A DNA stretch of 63,966 bases, the filler included, from Octopus bimaculoides (lineage: Eukaryota), in assembly GCF_001194135.2 (NCBI RefSeq). It is 4 parts of 3 records of this genome, joined end to end, with 100 filler letters (N's around TTAATTAATTAA, not from the genome) between each part and the next. Parts side by side here need not be neighbours in the genome. Positions count along the whole stretch, not along the records: positions 18,842 to 40,140 come from NC_068981.1; positions 40,241 to 61,452 come from NC_068981.1; 2 more parts are not named here. One strand, 5' to 3'. The notes under the pieces were generated by a model, which was not told the DNA's origin, searched no databases, and saw only the letters and a program-made list of their open reading frames with translations. Positions 37,862 through 51,169 of this stretch are shown here, piece by piece. The translations under genes were made by a program, and so were the position numbers. Within the stretch, counting starts at the first letter, position 1. Every line of letters begins with the position of its first letter.

Positions 37862-38190
37862 TTTTCTTTCTTGTTGTTTCTCATCCTCTTTCCTTTGTCG
37901 TTCAGCTTCAGAATGATCTGTTACTGTGGAGATGGAATGATGCCAGCCGGGCCTGTCCTGAGCTTCAACGTCCCAAGCTTTGGGATAGATTCCAGTCAGT
38001 TCTATGCTTTGCTTCAGCTGATCCTTGTATCGACAGAGGAGACGGCCACAGAATCTTCTTCCAGTGGAATTTTATATCGTGAATACCGAACAATAGTTAA
38101 TTCTAAAAAATATCATAGGATTTTTTTAAACACTGAATGGCTATGGGGTAATGTGAAAGCTATGTTGGCTGAGGATGATACTCTATGATA
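37862..38190 (-). mobile_element. RTE-clade LINE C-terminal fragment
   Basis: Minus-strand GRRFCGRLLCRYKDQLKQSIELTGIYPKAWDVEAQDRPGWHHSI...EAERQRKEDEKQQERK resembles the RTE ORF C-terminus. Confidence 0.75.
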
Positions 38191-38202
38191 TTTCGGAATA
38201 GG

Positions 38203-38410
38203 AAGGCGGCTTGCTGGCAGAATTTTTAGCAGTCCAGGCAAAGTGCTTAACGGCATTACGTCTATCTTTACTTTCGGGATCGACTTTGCCTTTCATTCTT
38301 TCGAGATCGATAATTTAAGTACCACTTAAATTAAGCATTGGGGGGCGATTTAATCGACTTAGCTCTCTCCCCGATATTGCGTGCCCTCTGCCAAAATTTG
38401 AAACCAATAC
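38203..38410 (+). mobile_element. tRNA-derived SINE (second family)
   Basis: ggcggcttgctggcagaa...gactttgcctttcattctttcgagatcgataatttaagtacc...tttgaaaccaata. Confidence 0.7.
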
Positions 38411-39540
38411 TGTGGAATATGAAGAGCGCTTATGTGTAGAGTTCCATTTCGTGCAGAGAAATTTCTGGGGCACCAGTTATTTCTTTAAACGGTCCTAAAT
38501 GCGTGATATATTGGTTTAATAATAAAGATGTCCCTGATGATTAGAAGTAGCAAGCTGTTGTTGATGACTTAGCTTAAATTAGACGAACATATAGACGCTG
38601 ACAAACAAACAAAAAAATAGGATTTAACAATTATCTTTATATATGTGGGTGCGTTTGAATCTAAAGACAGAGAAGAGAAAGACAGACACCCCCACACATA
38701 AACACACATAGATGCAAACACGACTCCATACAGGCATGTAGCCATTGCAAGCATGCTTACCTGATTATACAAAATAAAGAGGCACCTATATAATATGTTT
38801 CAGTACNNNNNNNNNNNNNNNNNNNNNNNNNNNNNNNNNNNNNNNNNNNNNNNNNNNNNNNNNNNNNNNNNNNNNNNNNNNNNNNNNNNNNNNNNNNNNN
38901 NNNNNNATATATACTACGTATGTATGTATGTATGTATGTATGTATCGGTATATCTCTTGTGAGTGTGTGATTTGTGTTCGTGTGTACGAGCATGGACAAG
39001 GTTCTCTATACTTAATGGCTAAGGTAATGATTACTTGATATTTATTTAAATATCTGCTATTTAATGTTTCAGTGAAGCCTGATTGCGTGCGCAGTTAACA
39101 CAGCTATGATATAGTCTCTATACCAGTAGATAGCAAAAATTGATGTCTAGTCAAAATTGCTGACGACATTAATAATGAATACGAAAATGTACGAAACATT
39201 AATGACTTGGAGTAATTTCCATCCAACATTTATTTATATATCTATCATGTAACAATTATGTTGTTCGCAACATATTTAATTCTTAATTCACATAGCTCAT
39301 TTTCGGCTTTATTCTAACAATATCGAGCACTCTCGGGAGAAGTTCATTTACAGCTCATTTTAGAGTATTTATTTGTACAAACATGTGTGTGTGTGTGTGT
39401 GTCTGTGTGTGTGTGTAAAGGGAGAGAAAGAGATAGAGATAGTTAGATATATAGCTAGATAGACAGAGATAGAGAGATATGTGTACTACACACACGAATG
39501 TGCACATATATATTTACATAATACACACACACAGACACAG

Positions 39541-39578
<38 letters not shown>

Positions 39579-39579
39579 A

Positions 39580-39860
39580 TATATATTCCTTTACCTGCAC
39601 TCCTAGCAACGTCATTTACTGCATCTCCTGCTCTTTCTGTCTTTCTCTGTACATCGGTCAAACGGGACGCCGCTTGGGTGACCGGTTCGTGGAGTATCTC
39701 CGAGACATTAGACTCGGCAATTCCGCTATACCGGTCATTCATTACAACATCTGTCTGTGTTCGGATTGTCTTTGCTCAGAGGCCATCCGGACTCCCACCT
39801 TCGCCATGAACAGTAATTAATCTTCCATCCTTTGCGCCATGGGCTCAACTCGCCTCCCCT
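39580..39860 (+). mobile_element. Penelope-like GIY-YIG endonuclease fragment
   Basis: FTCTPSNVIYCISCSFCLSLYIGQTGRRLGDRFVEYLRDI. Confidence 0.9.
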
Positions 39861-40254
39861 CATCATCTGACTCCCCTTCTCTCCTCTCTTCATCTGACAC
39901 CTATTTCGTCGCTTCACTTCTGCCCACCTCTCCTCTCCTCTCTTGTCCTGGCACCTACTTCCTCTCTTCACTCCTACTCAACTTCTCTCTTTATTGATAC
40001 CCCCCTATCCACACCTACCCCACACATCCGACTCCTACATGCCCCATCCCTTCCCCCACAAACTCATCCCACCCACACATCCTCACCCCAAGCCCATACC
40101 CACCCTCACATCCCACACTCCACCACCGCCACACCACATANNNNNNNNNNNNNNNNNNNNNNNNNNNNNNNNNNNNNNNNNNNNTTAATTAATTAANNNN
40201 NNNNNNNNNNNNNNNNNNNNNNNNNNNNNNNNNNNNNNNNCCCCTCTTTATTTT

Positions 40255-41050
40255 TCAGGTAAATAGCGAACTCATTCGATCACAGAAAGTTATGGAACAG
40301 CACAATCATCCCGCCATTGTTGTTTTGGCACGCGCCAAGCACACTGCCAATAAAATTAAGTTGACGAAACTTTCAAAAGCAACAATTTATCGTGTGTATA
40401 AACAATTTTTAAAAGTGGAAAAAATTGATAGAAAAAACACAAGACTCGAAGCGCAATTCAGAGTTTCTCGCTGGCCTCAAACGCTTGATTGAAGACAACC
40501 CATCAACATCCATAACAACTCTTGCAAAGAAACACAATGTGCCATTTTCCACGTTGTCTAGAGTTGTGAATAGGAATCTTGGCAAGACTAGCTGTGTTCG
40601 ACGATGCCGTCACCTCCTAACAGCTAAGGTCAAAGCAATCAGAGCCGAGAGTTGCCCAAAGCTTCTGTCATTCATCAAGCATCAAGGTGTAGGAAAAACT
40701 CCCGAGTTTGTGGCTGAGGGAGAAGTTCAGTGTGGACACTGAGGTGAATCGAAGAAATTCTCGAATTATTGCATACAACCCTTCTGACGTATCCCTGTGT
40801 TTGAGACTAAAAATCCTGCTTCTGTAATGCTATTTAGAGCCGTAGCGAGTGATGGAAATGTCATGGATCCAAATTCATTGAGTCTGGCTTGAAGATTGGC
40901 ACAAAAGAGTATACTGACATCCTGAAAGACTCAGTTACCTTGGATGGAGCAGAAGATATCACTCACAAGGATATAAACATTCAGTTGTAGAAGTTGCTGC
41001 GGTGTGAGATTGAAAACGCATTCACGTGGTTGCCTCGTCAACTTCCTAGT
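40255..41050 (+). mobile_element. maT/DD37D-like Tc1-mariner transposase remnant
   Basis: HTH KLSKATIYRVYKQF, IEDNPSTSITTLAKKHNV...RHLLTAKVKAIRAE, then NRRNSR and TKNPASVMLFRAVASDG across frameshifts. Confidence 0.8.
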
Positions 41051-41109
41051 CAAGCACGTAGGCCTGTAACTTCTGTCTTTGTTTCTCTCTCCCTCTCTCA
41101 CTATATATG

Positions 41110-41148
<39 letters not shown>

Positions 41149-43825
41149 TCTCTCTCATTCCTCTCTCTCTCTGTTCCTCTCTCTCTCTTTNNNNNNNNNN
41201 NNNNNNNNNNNNNNNNNNNNNNNNNNNNNNNNNNNNNNNNNNNNNNNNNNNNNNNNNNNNNNNNNNNNNNNNNNNNNNNNNNNNNNNNNNNNNNNNNNNN
41301 NNNNNNNNNNNNNNNNNNNNNNNNNNNNNNNNNNNNNNNNNNNNNNNNNNNNNNNNNNNNNNNNNNNNNNNNNNNNNNNNNNNNNNNNNNNNNNNNNNNN
41401 NNNNNNNNNNNNNNNNNNNNNNNNNNNNNNNNNNNNNNNNNNNNNNNNNNNNNNNNNNNNNNNNNNNNNNNNNNNNNNNNNNNNNNNNNNNNNNNNNNNN
41501 NNNNNNNNNNNNNNNNNNNNNNNNNNNNNNNNNNNNNNNNNNNNNNNNNNNNNNNNNNNNNNNNNNNNNNNNNNNNNNNNNNNNNNNNNNNNNNNNNNNN
41601 NNNNNNNNNNNNNNNNNNNNNNNNNNNNNNNNNNNNNNNNNNNNNNNNNNNNNNNNNNNNNNNNNNNNNNNNNNNNNNNNNNNNNNNNNNNNNNNNNNNN
41701 NNNNNNNNNNNNNNNNNNNNNNNNNNNNNNNNNNNNNNNNNNNNNNNNNNNNNNNNNNNNNNNNNNNNNNNNNNNNNNNNNNNNNNNNNNNNNNNNNNNN
41801 NNNNNNNNNNNNNNNNNNNNNNNNNNNNNNNNNNNNNNNNNNNNNNNNNNNNNNNNNNNNNNNNNNNNNNNNNNNNNNNNNNNNNNNNNNNNNNNNNNNN
41901 NNNNNNNNNNNNNNNNNNNNNNNNNNNNNNNNNNNNNNNNNNNNNNNNNNNNNNNNNNNNNNNNNNNNNNNNNNNNNNNNNNNNNNNNNNNNNNNNNNNN
42001 NNNNNNNNNNNNNNNNNNNNNNNNNNNNNNNNNNNNNNNNNNNNNNATATATAAAAGTGTTACGTACTTACGTACGTACTTTCTTTACTTACATATATAT
42101 ACATGCAAATATAGACGTGTGCAAATGTAGACGAATAATGGGTGAAAGTTGAAAATGGAGTAGGAAAGCGATAATCGATTGCCAGCTGTACTAGACAGAA
42201 AAGTCGTAAAAGCAAACTTTCAGTATTTTAATACGCTACCTAACATTCATTTTACTCACTCGTGCACATTAAAACCCCGTTCTTTCACAAAAGATAATTG
42301 CATAAAGAGAACGTAGGCGGTAGCAGGCGTGTTTCGCCGGTCGTACAGCCTCCCTCAAAAAGTGTCGTTGTCGGCCGGGGAGCACGCGTGTTGGTGCCCA
42401 TGAAAAACCACTATTTCCGTAGTTTAATCTCACGCTCGATGGAGAAATGAGTTAACGAGTGAGCCCTCTTCTTTAGTTTACTCCAAGCTGCTAGAAATAG
42501 TAGCAAAATCTTCCTCAGGTCAAATCCTGCTGTATAGAAAGGACAAATTTGATGACTTACTTCACTATAGGCGGTATGATAAGAATAAAAGAAATATAAG
42601 ATATAGAGATGGTATGGTCGCATCTGGACTGTCTGTGATTTCAAATGTTTTTAATCTTAGAGCTAGCCTGAAGATGAACGATATAAACCCAAGCTATATG
42701 CACGCGTAATCAAACGTATACATAAATTTACATACATATATAAATAGAAATATACATATATACATACATACATATATATNNNNNNNNNNNNNNNNNNNNN
42801 NNNNNNNNNNNNNNNNNNNNNNNNNNNNNNNNNNNNNNNNNNNNNNNNNNNNNNNNNNNNNNNNNNNNNNNNNNNNNNNNNNNNNNNNNNNNNNNNNNNN
42901 NNNNNNNNNNNNNNNNNNNNNNNNNNNNNNNNNNNNNNNNNNNNNNNNNNNNNNNNNNNNNNNNNNNNNNNNNNNNNNNNNNNNNNNNNNNNNNNNNNNN
43001 NNNNNNNNNNNNNNNNNNNNNNNNNNNNNNNNNNNNNNNNNNNNNNNNNNNNNNNNNNNNNNNNNNNNNNNNNNNNNNNNNNNNNNNNNNNNNNNNNNNN
43101 NNNNNNNNNNNNNNNNNNNNNNNNNNNNNNNNNNNNNNNNNNNNNNNNNNNNNNNNNNNNNNNNNNNNNNNNNNNNNNNNNNNNNNNNNNNNNNNNNNNN
43201 NNNNNNNNNNNNNNNNNNNNNNNNNNNNNNNNNNNNNNNNNNNNNNNNNNNNNNNNNNNNNNNNNNNNNNNNNNNNNNNNNNNNNNNNNNNNNNNNNNNN
43301 NNNNNNNNNNNNNNNNNNNNNNNNNNNNNNNNNNNNNNNNNNNNNNNNNNNNNNNNNNNNNNNNNNNNNNNNNNNNNNNNNNNNNNNNNNNNNNNNNNNN
43401 NNNNNNNNNNNNNNNNNNNNNNNNNNNNNNNNNNNNNNNNNNNNNNNNNNNNNNNNNNNNNNNNNNNNNNNNNNNNNNNNNNNNNNNNNNNNNNNNNNNN
43501 NNNNNNNNNNNNNNNNNNNNNNNNNNNNNNNNNNNNNNNNNNNNNNNNNNNNNNNNNNNNNNNNTTCCAACTCTGTCTGTTTTATTTATATTCTTGTAAA
43601 ATTAATGCGGGATATAGAATATGGAATATACAATATATAATATAAAAATGGATGGTACAATGAAATAAAGTATTGAATGTCTTATTGAATATATGGAATA
43701 TTGAGTGTTCAATATAAAGGATTAAATATATAAAGGCGAATACGTATTTTCTATACCTTGTGGTATTTCATCATGGCCGGTATGACAGACTTTAACAGAC
43801 TGTGTATATATATATATATATACAC

Positions 43826-43980
43826 GGCGGTGTCGGCAGAGGTGGTGGCGATAGTGGTGGCGGTGGCGGCGGCGGCGGCGGCAGCGGCGGCGGCAGCAGC
43901 AGCGTCGGTGGCAGTGGTGGTGGTGATGGTGCTGTAGTTGTCAACAGTGGTGATTGTGGTCGTGATGTTGATGGTGATGA
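43826..43980. repeat. GC-rich (GGC/GGT)n trinucleotide repeat
   Basis: Directly visible. Encodes low-complexity Gly-, Ala- or Pro-rich frames only. Confidence 0.85.
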
Positions 43981-44533
43981 TAAATACATACATAAATAAA
44001 TCAAATGTAGTCAAATAAAATCAAATATCCCTTTGAACTGCCTCCTTAAAAGAAAACCCAAAATAAAAGAAAACAGGAAGAAAACATAAACAAATTTAGT
44101 CCAGTTGCTAACCACAAAAGAGAAGAAAGTAAATATATATTTTAGAAATTGATCGTTATTTGCAAAAGGTAGAACAATAGGTAGAAGTAAGAGTCACACT
44201 CAGTCCTATACAAGTGCAAATACACGAGTTGCACTACAGAAAGACGCATGCACACGCTAAATGATAAACATTGGAGAGCTCGAGCAAATGCAACTTGCTC
44301 GTTCTTATTCATTTTATTATGACCACATTATATATATTTTTATTATACAGATAGATAGATAGAGAGAGAGACAGACAGACAGAGACAGGGAGAAAGAGAG
44401 AGATAGTTATATGCACGTGACTGTTTGCATGCATGTACGTATAAATATATATTTGTTTGTGTGTCTGTGTATGTATATATATATATATGTATGTATGTAT
44501 GTATATATGTATATATGTATATATGTATGTATG

Positions 44534-44586
<53 letters not shown>

Positions 44587-45499
44587 NNNNNNNNNNNNNN
44601 NNNNNNNNNNNNNNNNNNNNNNNNNNNNNNNNNNNNNNNNNNNNNNNNNNNNNNNNNNNNNNNNNNNNNNNNNNNNNNNNNNNNNNNNNNNNNNNNNNNN
44701 NNNNNNNNNNNNNNNNNNNNNNNNNNNNNNNNNNNNNNNNNNNNNNNNNNNNNNNNNNNNNNNNNNNNNNNNNNNNNNNNNNNNNNNNNNNNNNNNNNNN
44801 NNNNNNNNNNNNNNNNNNNNNNNNNNNNNNNNNNNNNNNNNNNNNNNNNNNNNNNNNNNNNNNNNNNNNNNNNNNNNNNNNNNNNNNNNNNNNNNNNNNN
44901 NNNNNNNNNNNNNNNNNNNNNNNNNNNNNNNNNNNNNNNNNNNNNNNNNNNNNNNNNNNNNNNNNNNNNNNNNNNNNNNNNNNNNNNNNNNNNNNNNNNN
45001 NNNNNNNNNNNNNNNNNNNNNNNNNNNNNNNNNNNNNNNNNNNNNNNNNNNNNNNNNNNNNNNNTATATATATATATATATATATATATATGTAGAAGAA
45101 TAGAAGCTACTATGAAGACTGAGCAGCACATGCAAAATGTCATTTTCAACTGAAGCCAATTAAAGATGGTACACAATGGGGGCCATTCTGATAGAAGCAG
45201 TAGTTTCACATCGGGTTATATTGCGATTAAGGAAAAATGCATTGACTATGAAACGAAAGTAACTTAGAACTTTTGCCTCTCCTAATGTTAAACGGAACTA
45301 ATGCGATAAACTGTATCTTGTCATTCAAGTTGCAACACGTAAACAAAAATTGCTACTCGACACTGGAATAGCATATATAGAAATCATCGATCGTATTTAC
45401 TTCTAGAAGGGTGGATTGTTTTTCTTTGGGGCATTAGAAAGAAGAAAACATATTGTTGAAAAAGGTTCGACAAAATCATAAAGTTGCACTTGCAATTAT

Positions 45500-45900
45500 T
45501 TTTGGAATTACAGTAACCTTTGTGCCTCGATAGAAGACAATCCATGTTGAATTTCTTCCATTCAAGATTCCTTTCATTCTAGTGACAACTGAGAATAACA
45601 CACGAGAAACGCAAAGTAACTGAAGTGACAGACATTTTTAGAAATTCATTTTCAGCGATGAATGTTCACTGCCTCACAAAGTAACATCGCAGGCTCTGAA
45701 GAGAACACTACAAGATATTCGTAGAAACAAAAAGCGAATACGAAGAGATGCAGTGGTTTTGTCTGGATCTTTCAAAAGAACATTACTTTTTATTCCAAGA
45801 AGTGTATCAGAGGCATGCTTACAGAGATTGTATCTTTAGAGTGATATGGTAAAAATTGCTGTTCTTCTTATGTATGAAAGTTTGTTTTCGTGGATATCAA
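45500..45900 (+). mobile_element. Helitron Pif1-type helicase fragment (motifs II-III)
   Basis: SDECSLPHKVTSQALKRTLQDIRRNKKRIRRDAVVLSGSFKRTLLFIPR matches the DEC..HK...ALxRTLQDIR...VVLxGDFRQTLPVIPR pattern. Confidence 0.75.
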
Positions 45901-46235
45901 TTGAGTGTGGAATTATCAATGTGAAACCAGATGGACAACGATGAGCTGATATAGAAACAGTGAGTATAACTGTAACATCTGTTACAGTAAGAGAAGTTGT
46001 CTTCCTAAACTTTTCAAAAATATTCTAGAATTACACATCAATATCATCTCCAAAACAAAACATTTTCACTGTTAACAACACGCAGCTTCTGTAGAATACT
46101 AATTATGGGTGAATGCCACAAAAGAGCGGTCAGAGGTTCAAATTCGACAGTTTCTAAATTACTCTAAATTGTCATAAACTTTTTATGAAATGAATTGTTG
46201 ACAGATCATGTCTTCCGGGTCACGATAGTATAACG

Positions 46236-46268
<33 letters not shown>

Positions 46269-46395
46269 CGCTTGGTCTCTACTCCTTCCCTCTGAGTACT
46301 TGAATACGTTTGTGTGTGTATATCTTTATAAATACACACATACACACACACTGACATACATACATACATACAGTATGTATATATGTATAGTATAG

Positions 46396-46451
<56 letters not shown>

Positions 46452-46864
46452 TAAACAGAAAATGGAGAATGTTTGATCAACAACAATTGACTTACATCAA
46501 TTATTATTTTTTAATTCAATACAAATACACTGTATCCCATTTAACAACTGTTTCTGCTCCCAATTGTATTGTCACTGAAAATTCTAAAATCATATTCATC
46601 ACTAGATGCATTACCAAATATGATGAATATGATTTTAGAATTTTCAGTGGCAGTACCATATAACATTGGAAGCAGAAACAGCTGTAAATGGGATAGAGTC
46701 TATTTGTATTGCATTAAAAAGTAATAATTGATGTTAATCAATTGTTGCTGATCAATATTTCTCCATTTTCTGTTTACTTTAAATTTGATTCCTGATAAAC
46801 TCATGTTTATCTTTGTCATTACCTGTAATCTATGGGAATAATAGTGTTAACCTAGATAATTATA

Positions 46865-47700
46865 CATTATTTACATTTGACGGATGTTTGTCCTCATCTT
46901 TTTTGTTGTTAACACAACGTTTCGGCTGATATACCCTCCAGCCTTCATCAGGTGTCTTGCAGAAATTTCGAACCTGGCTCTTAACCATTACGCCATATGC
47001 CCGCGCTCTTAACCACTACGCCATATGCCCGAGGGCAATTATAGAGTGAATCTTAGGGCTTGTAAATCTAATATTTTCCTATCCTTCCTTAATACCAGTT
47101 CCCATATGCTATTCATATCTGCACTTGGTCTGCTTAAGAGGTTGTTGTGCCCTAACATATGTGCTGCTTCTTTTAGTTTTCATATTTCCAGTGATGTTCT
47201 CTGTCTATTATTTTAACTTGATCCCACAGGGAGAGGTGATCTCCATTTTTCCATACATGATCAGCTATACCCGATTTATCAATATCTACTCGTGTCACAG
47301 TTTTGCGATGTTCCTCTACCCGTATTTTGAAGGAGCTGCATGTTTCGCTTTTCTATATCCTACCGCAGCTGCATGGGATGGAGTACACGCAGTTTTTGGT
47401 CATATCCTCTTCTACTGGTGGTTTTACTCGAAGGAGATATTTGCGAAGTGTTGTATTACTCTTGAATACTGTTCTGATGTCATATGTGCCGCATATCTTT
47501 TGTATCTTTTCGGAGAGGCCTTTCACATAGGGTAGACAGACTGTGGACAGTTTATTGGTTTCATCCTCTCTTTTCTTCATAATTGGAGTGGATAGTACGT
47601 TTTGTGGGTAGTTGTTGCTTAATAGATTGTTACTGAGCTTGATCATTTCTTCGTGGTGGGTATCACGATCACTACTTATATTCTTTGCTCGATGTTTTAG
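46865..47700 (-). mobile_element. Penelope-like element 3' portion (late RT domain, GIY-YIG, pLTR)
   Basis: LPYVKGLSEKIQKIC...VFKSNTTLRKYL...KNCVYSIPCSCGRI, then YVGET-like ...RVEEH and LKEAAHM. 3' region is shared with 58517-58860. Confidence 0.9.
46911..46956 (-). ncRNA. Minimal type I hammerhead ribozyme motif in a Penelope pLTR
   Basis: GACAC CUGAUGA A GGCUG-GAGGGUAUAU-CAGCC GAAA C GUU|GUGUU: full core, stem II, stem I (GACAC/GUGUU). Stem III is the palindrome AACGUU. Confidence 0.8.
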
Positions 47701-47729
47701 GCCCTGAGCAATCCCTTTCTTACAGTGTA

Positions 47730-48510
47730 AAGAGAGGGATTGCTTTTATAGTGTAAAGAGAGGGAGACAGCACGTAGCATAGGAGAGCGGGTTAATAGCC
47801 ATTGGAAGGAACTCAAGAAAGAGAAGCGCTCGTCAGTACTATACCAACACGCCGAGCGGAAACACGGGGACTCACTCAACAACAGAGGAGTAAAAATTTT
47901 GTCCACACATAGAACGGACACAACGCTTAGATAAATTACGGAACCTACTCACATAACAGAATATAAACTTAGCCTAAATAGAAAACTAGAACGGAACACT
48001 AGCACAGGCCTCTACACCACAACCTGGTGACTGAATAAGATCCCCATAAACTAATAATAATATGAAACTAATACAACAGATAGATAAATAAATGGAATTA
48101 AGTAATTAAATACATAAACAAAATATAATAAATTGATATAAAAAAGAAAAAGTAAGTATATAAAAACAAATAAATAAAATAAATAAAATAAAATGAACGT
48201 GAACAAACAGGGGCTACTGATAATGCAGATACCATACACATTCCCAAACACACACTTACCAAATATAGACACGCACAAGGATGTATGCATGCGCAAATAA
48301 AGACACATACAACAGGAACACAAAATGGCAGATCATTAGGAAGGAGAAACCCCAAAAAAAAAGAAGAAAGCAAAGGACCACTGATGCGGTCACAGAAGTG
48401 TGGCGGAAGAACTCTGGCCTAAATATAACTAATATAAAGTAATGCTGAAGAAAGCAAACCCCGAATAAATAGTGCGTATAGTTTCATTGGCTAAATTGGT
48501 AACATGACCA
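47730..48510 (+). mobile_element. Second Penelope-like GIY-YIG fragment plus pLTR with degenerate hammerhead (48375-48419)
   Basis: GETARSIGERVNSHWKELKKEKRSSVLYQHAERKH...LR*ITEPTHITEYKLSLNRK. GGACCA CUGAUGC GGUCAC-AGAAGU-GUGGC GGAA GAA CUC UGGCC. Confidence 0.7.
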
Positions 48511-48519
48511 TCCCCGAAT

Positions 48520-48584
<65 letters not shown>

Positions 48585-50151
48585 TGTCTGCTGTGTTTCA
48601 TCGAGGAGGGAACAAAACTAGTGTTAGTATCAATAGGTTTTGCGATTTATAACAAATGACTAATGATACGATATGTATGAATGTACGCTCATATATACAC
48701 ACATTTGTGCGAAGTCGCTATCTTAAACATAGTGACCTGTCATTCTGTATCTTACAGAATATATTCAATGTAACCTATCTATCATTTGAAAGATGGTTGC
48801 ATGAGTATTATATCTATCTTGAATACAAGCGCGTCTATCGGCTCTATTTTCATAGAAGTAACTAAATCTTCGAAAATATTCTCCAGTGTTTAAATCATGT
48901 GGCTGTCATTTGAAGGAGCATTTGCTCTTACTACTAGAAAATTTGTGTGTATGTATATATGTATATAAGTGTACATGTTTGCCTGTGTGCTTGTACAAAT
49001 ATAAGTATTTATGTGTATGAATGTATGAGTGCATGTATTTATATATTGTGTGTATGCCCGTAAATTACACAAATAAGTAGTCAGTAATGTATTGATCACT
49101 GTTAAATCAAATCAAAGACAAACAAAACGGAACAGCATGCTGGTGATATTTGTGAAATATTAGAGAACGAAAAATCAAACCAGAATTTATAACAATGCAT
49201 CTTCACGACTCCAGTGGTACGTGCACACGCACGTAGATCAATGAAGTAGTTTTATGTGAAGCTAATTCTAATTCGGAGTCTCTCTACTAAGCAAGCATGA
49301 TCGTCTAAAATCTGGTTTCTACCATTTAAACTCTGTCTTTATATTCAAAGCAAGCTACAGGTTGTCGTTTTATTTTTATTTTCTTTATTTTTCGTTTAGT
49401 CATCGTTTCCTTTTAATCCTTTTTTTCTCGTGTTTTTTTTCTTTCTTTTTTATTATCATTTCACTTCTTTCATTCACTTTATCATGTAATTGTTCGTAGT
49501 CTGAATAAATAGTATTGATTTGTTTTCGAAATTTAACCATTAGCGATTTAAGGAAGTATTGCTTAAAATACCACATCGATAAAATGTCTCATAAATACAA
49601 ATACTTTTAAAACTGATAATATCTTGTTTATTAAGACATTATCACGCCTTAATAAACATGTAACTAGAAAGCATGAGATAGAACAGAGCTACAAAGGTGG
49701 CAGACTCGTTTTTGTCAGCATTTTAGATGAAGGCATCAACATGCAAGTGCTAATGGTGAATATATCTGTATCAAGTTAACCGTTCCAACGGGACCGAGGA
49801 ACCAAATGACTCCATCTTCCTAATAAGTTTTAAAAGAACAGCTGAAAGATATACATACTAGAGGGGAAATTTCCACATTCACACATACATGCATAAAGAA
49901 TGCATATATAATATATATGCATGTGTGTATGAGTATAAGATAAGGGATATTAAATTTCCGAGCCATTGTTTCGTCCGATTGGAATTTTAACTGACTCTGC
50001 ACATCACCTGATATGTAAACCAAAATCCCAGTTCAATAAAGCAGGGTTCAAGAATTTAATTACGTTAAACATGCACACTATCATAGCAAATAGATATTAA
50101 ATTCTACTCAATTCGAACTGAGTGTATTTGTTTATAAGATATAAATAAATG

Positions 50152-50285
<134 letters not shown>

Positions 50286-51169
50286 GTTCAATTCTGCTGT
50301 ACTACAATCAAAGCATTTTCGTTAATTTTTAATGGGGCACTGAATATAACGGTAATGTGTATCAAAGAAGTTGACATTTTTATAGGCTGGATTGCTTCCA
50401 TTTACAACGGTATTGCTATTAGAGGCATTTCGCATGGCACACTCATTCCATGATAGCTAGTTCCATCTCATCTATCACAAACGTTCTCGTTCTTAAGCTA
50501 CGTATGTATGTACGGCTATGTCCCCATATGCACATGACACCATTGTCAAGATAGTGAACATTTTGAATACCGAAGTATTCAGCATCATATTGAAAAAATA
50601 CGAGATGTTAAGAGTAACACATATTAACGAAAACATGTCTTTAGGTTTGCAGCGTGGCAATGAAAGAGGGATTCCATCCTAAGCAATGCTTGACACTGTC
50701 CTGAAGGTCAATTGAAAATTTTGGGACTTTGTGTGAGAACTTACACGTAAATGGAAGGAAGAGACTAATCCAGATACATAGCTACTGATGCAGGGTTACA
50801 TGAGGGTTACTTTCATTATCTAGAATGGAGATAAGAGAAAGCTATCCCTGGAACATTAGGCATTAAACCCATCTGTCACCACTAGAATTTACCATAGACT
50901 GTGTGTCGTTCCTTGGATTAGCTTTCGAATAAATTGGAGTGTCTGATAATTATGATGAATATGAACACTGCCACTTCAAACACTGGATCATGCAATATGT
51001 TAAAAGTGTTTCAATTCAATAATATATAAACCTAAAAAATATATTCCTGTAAACACTTTGTATTTATATGTAATTTGTCTGTGGAGGAAAAAGTAGTCTC
51101 CTTAGCTGTCCACAGAAGTAAATATTATAATGACGCTATAACAAAACTAAATCGAGTAGACTGGTTTAC

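Noticed and set aside
37871-38188. Plus-strand ORFs over 37780-38188 as a host gene
   Set aside because: They are antisense to a recognisable RTE LINE C-terminus.
43802-43999. Glycine-rich protein ORF
   Set aside because: A trinucleotide microsatellite flanked by (TA)n, with no credible start or splice context.
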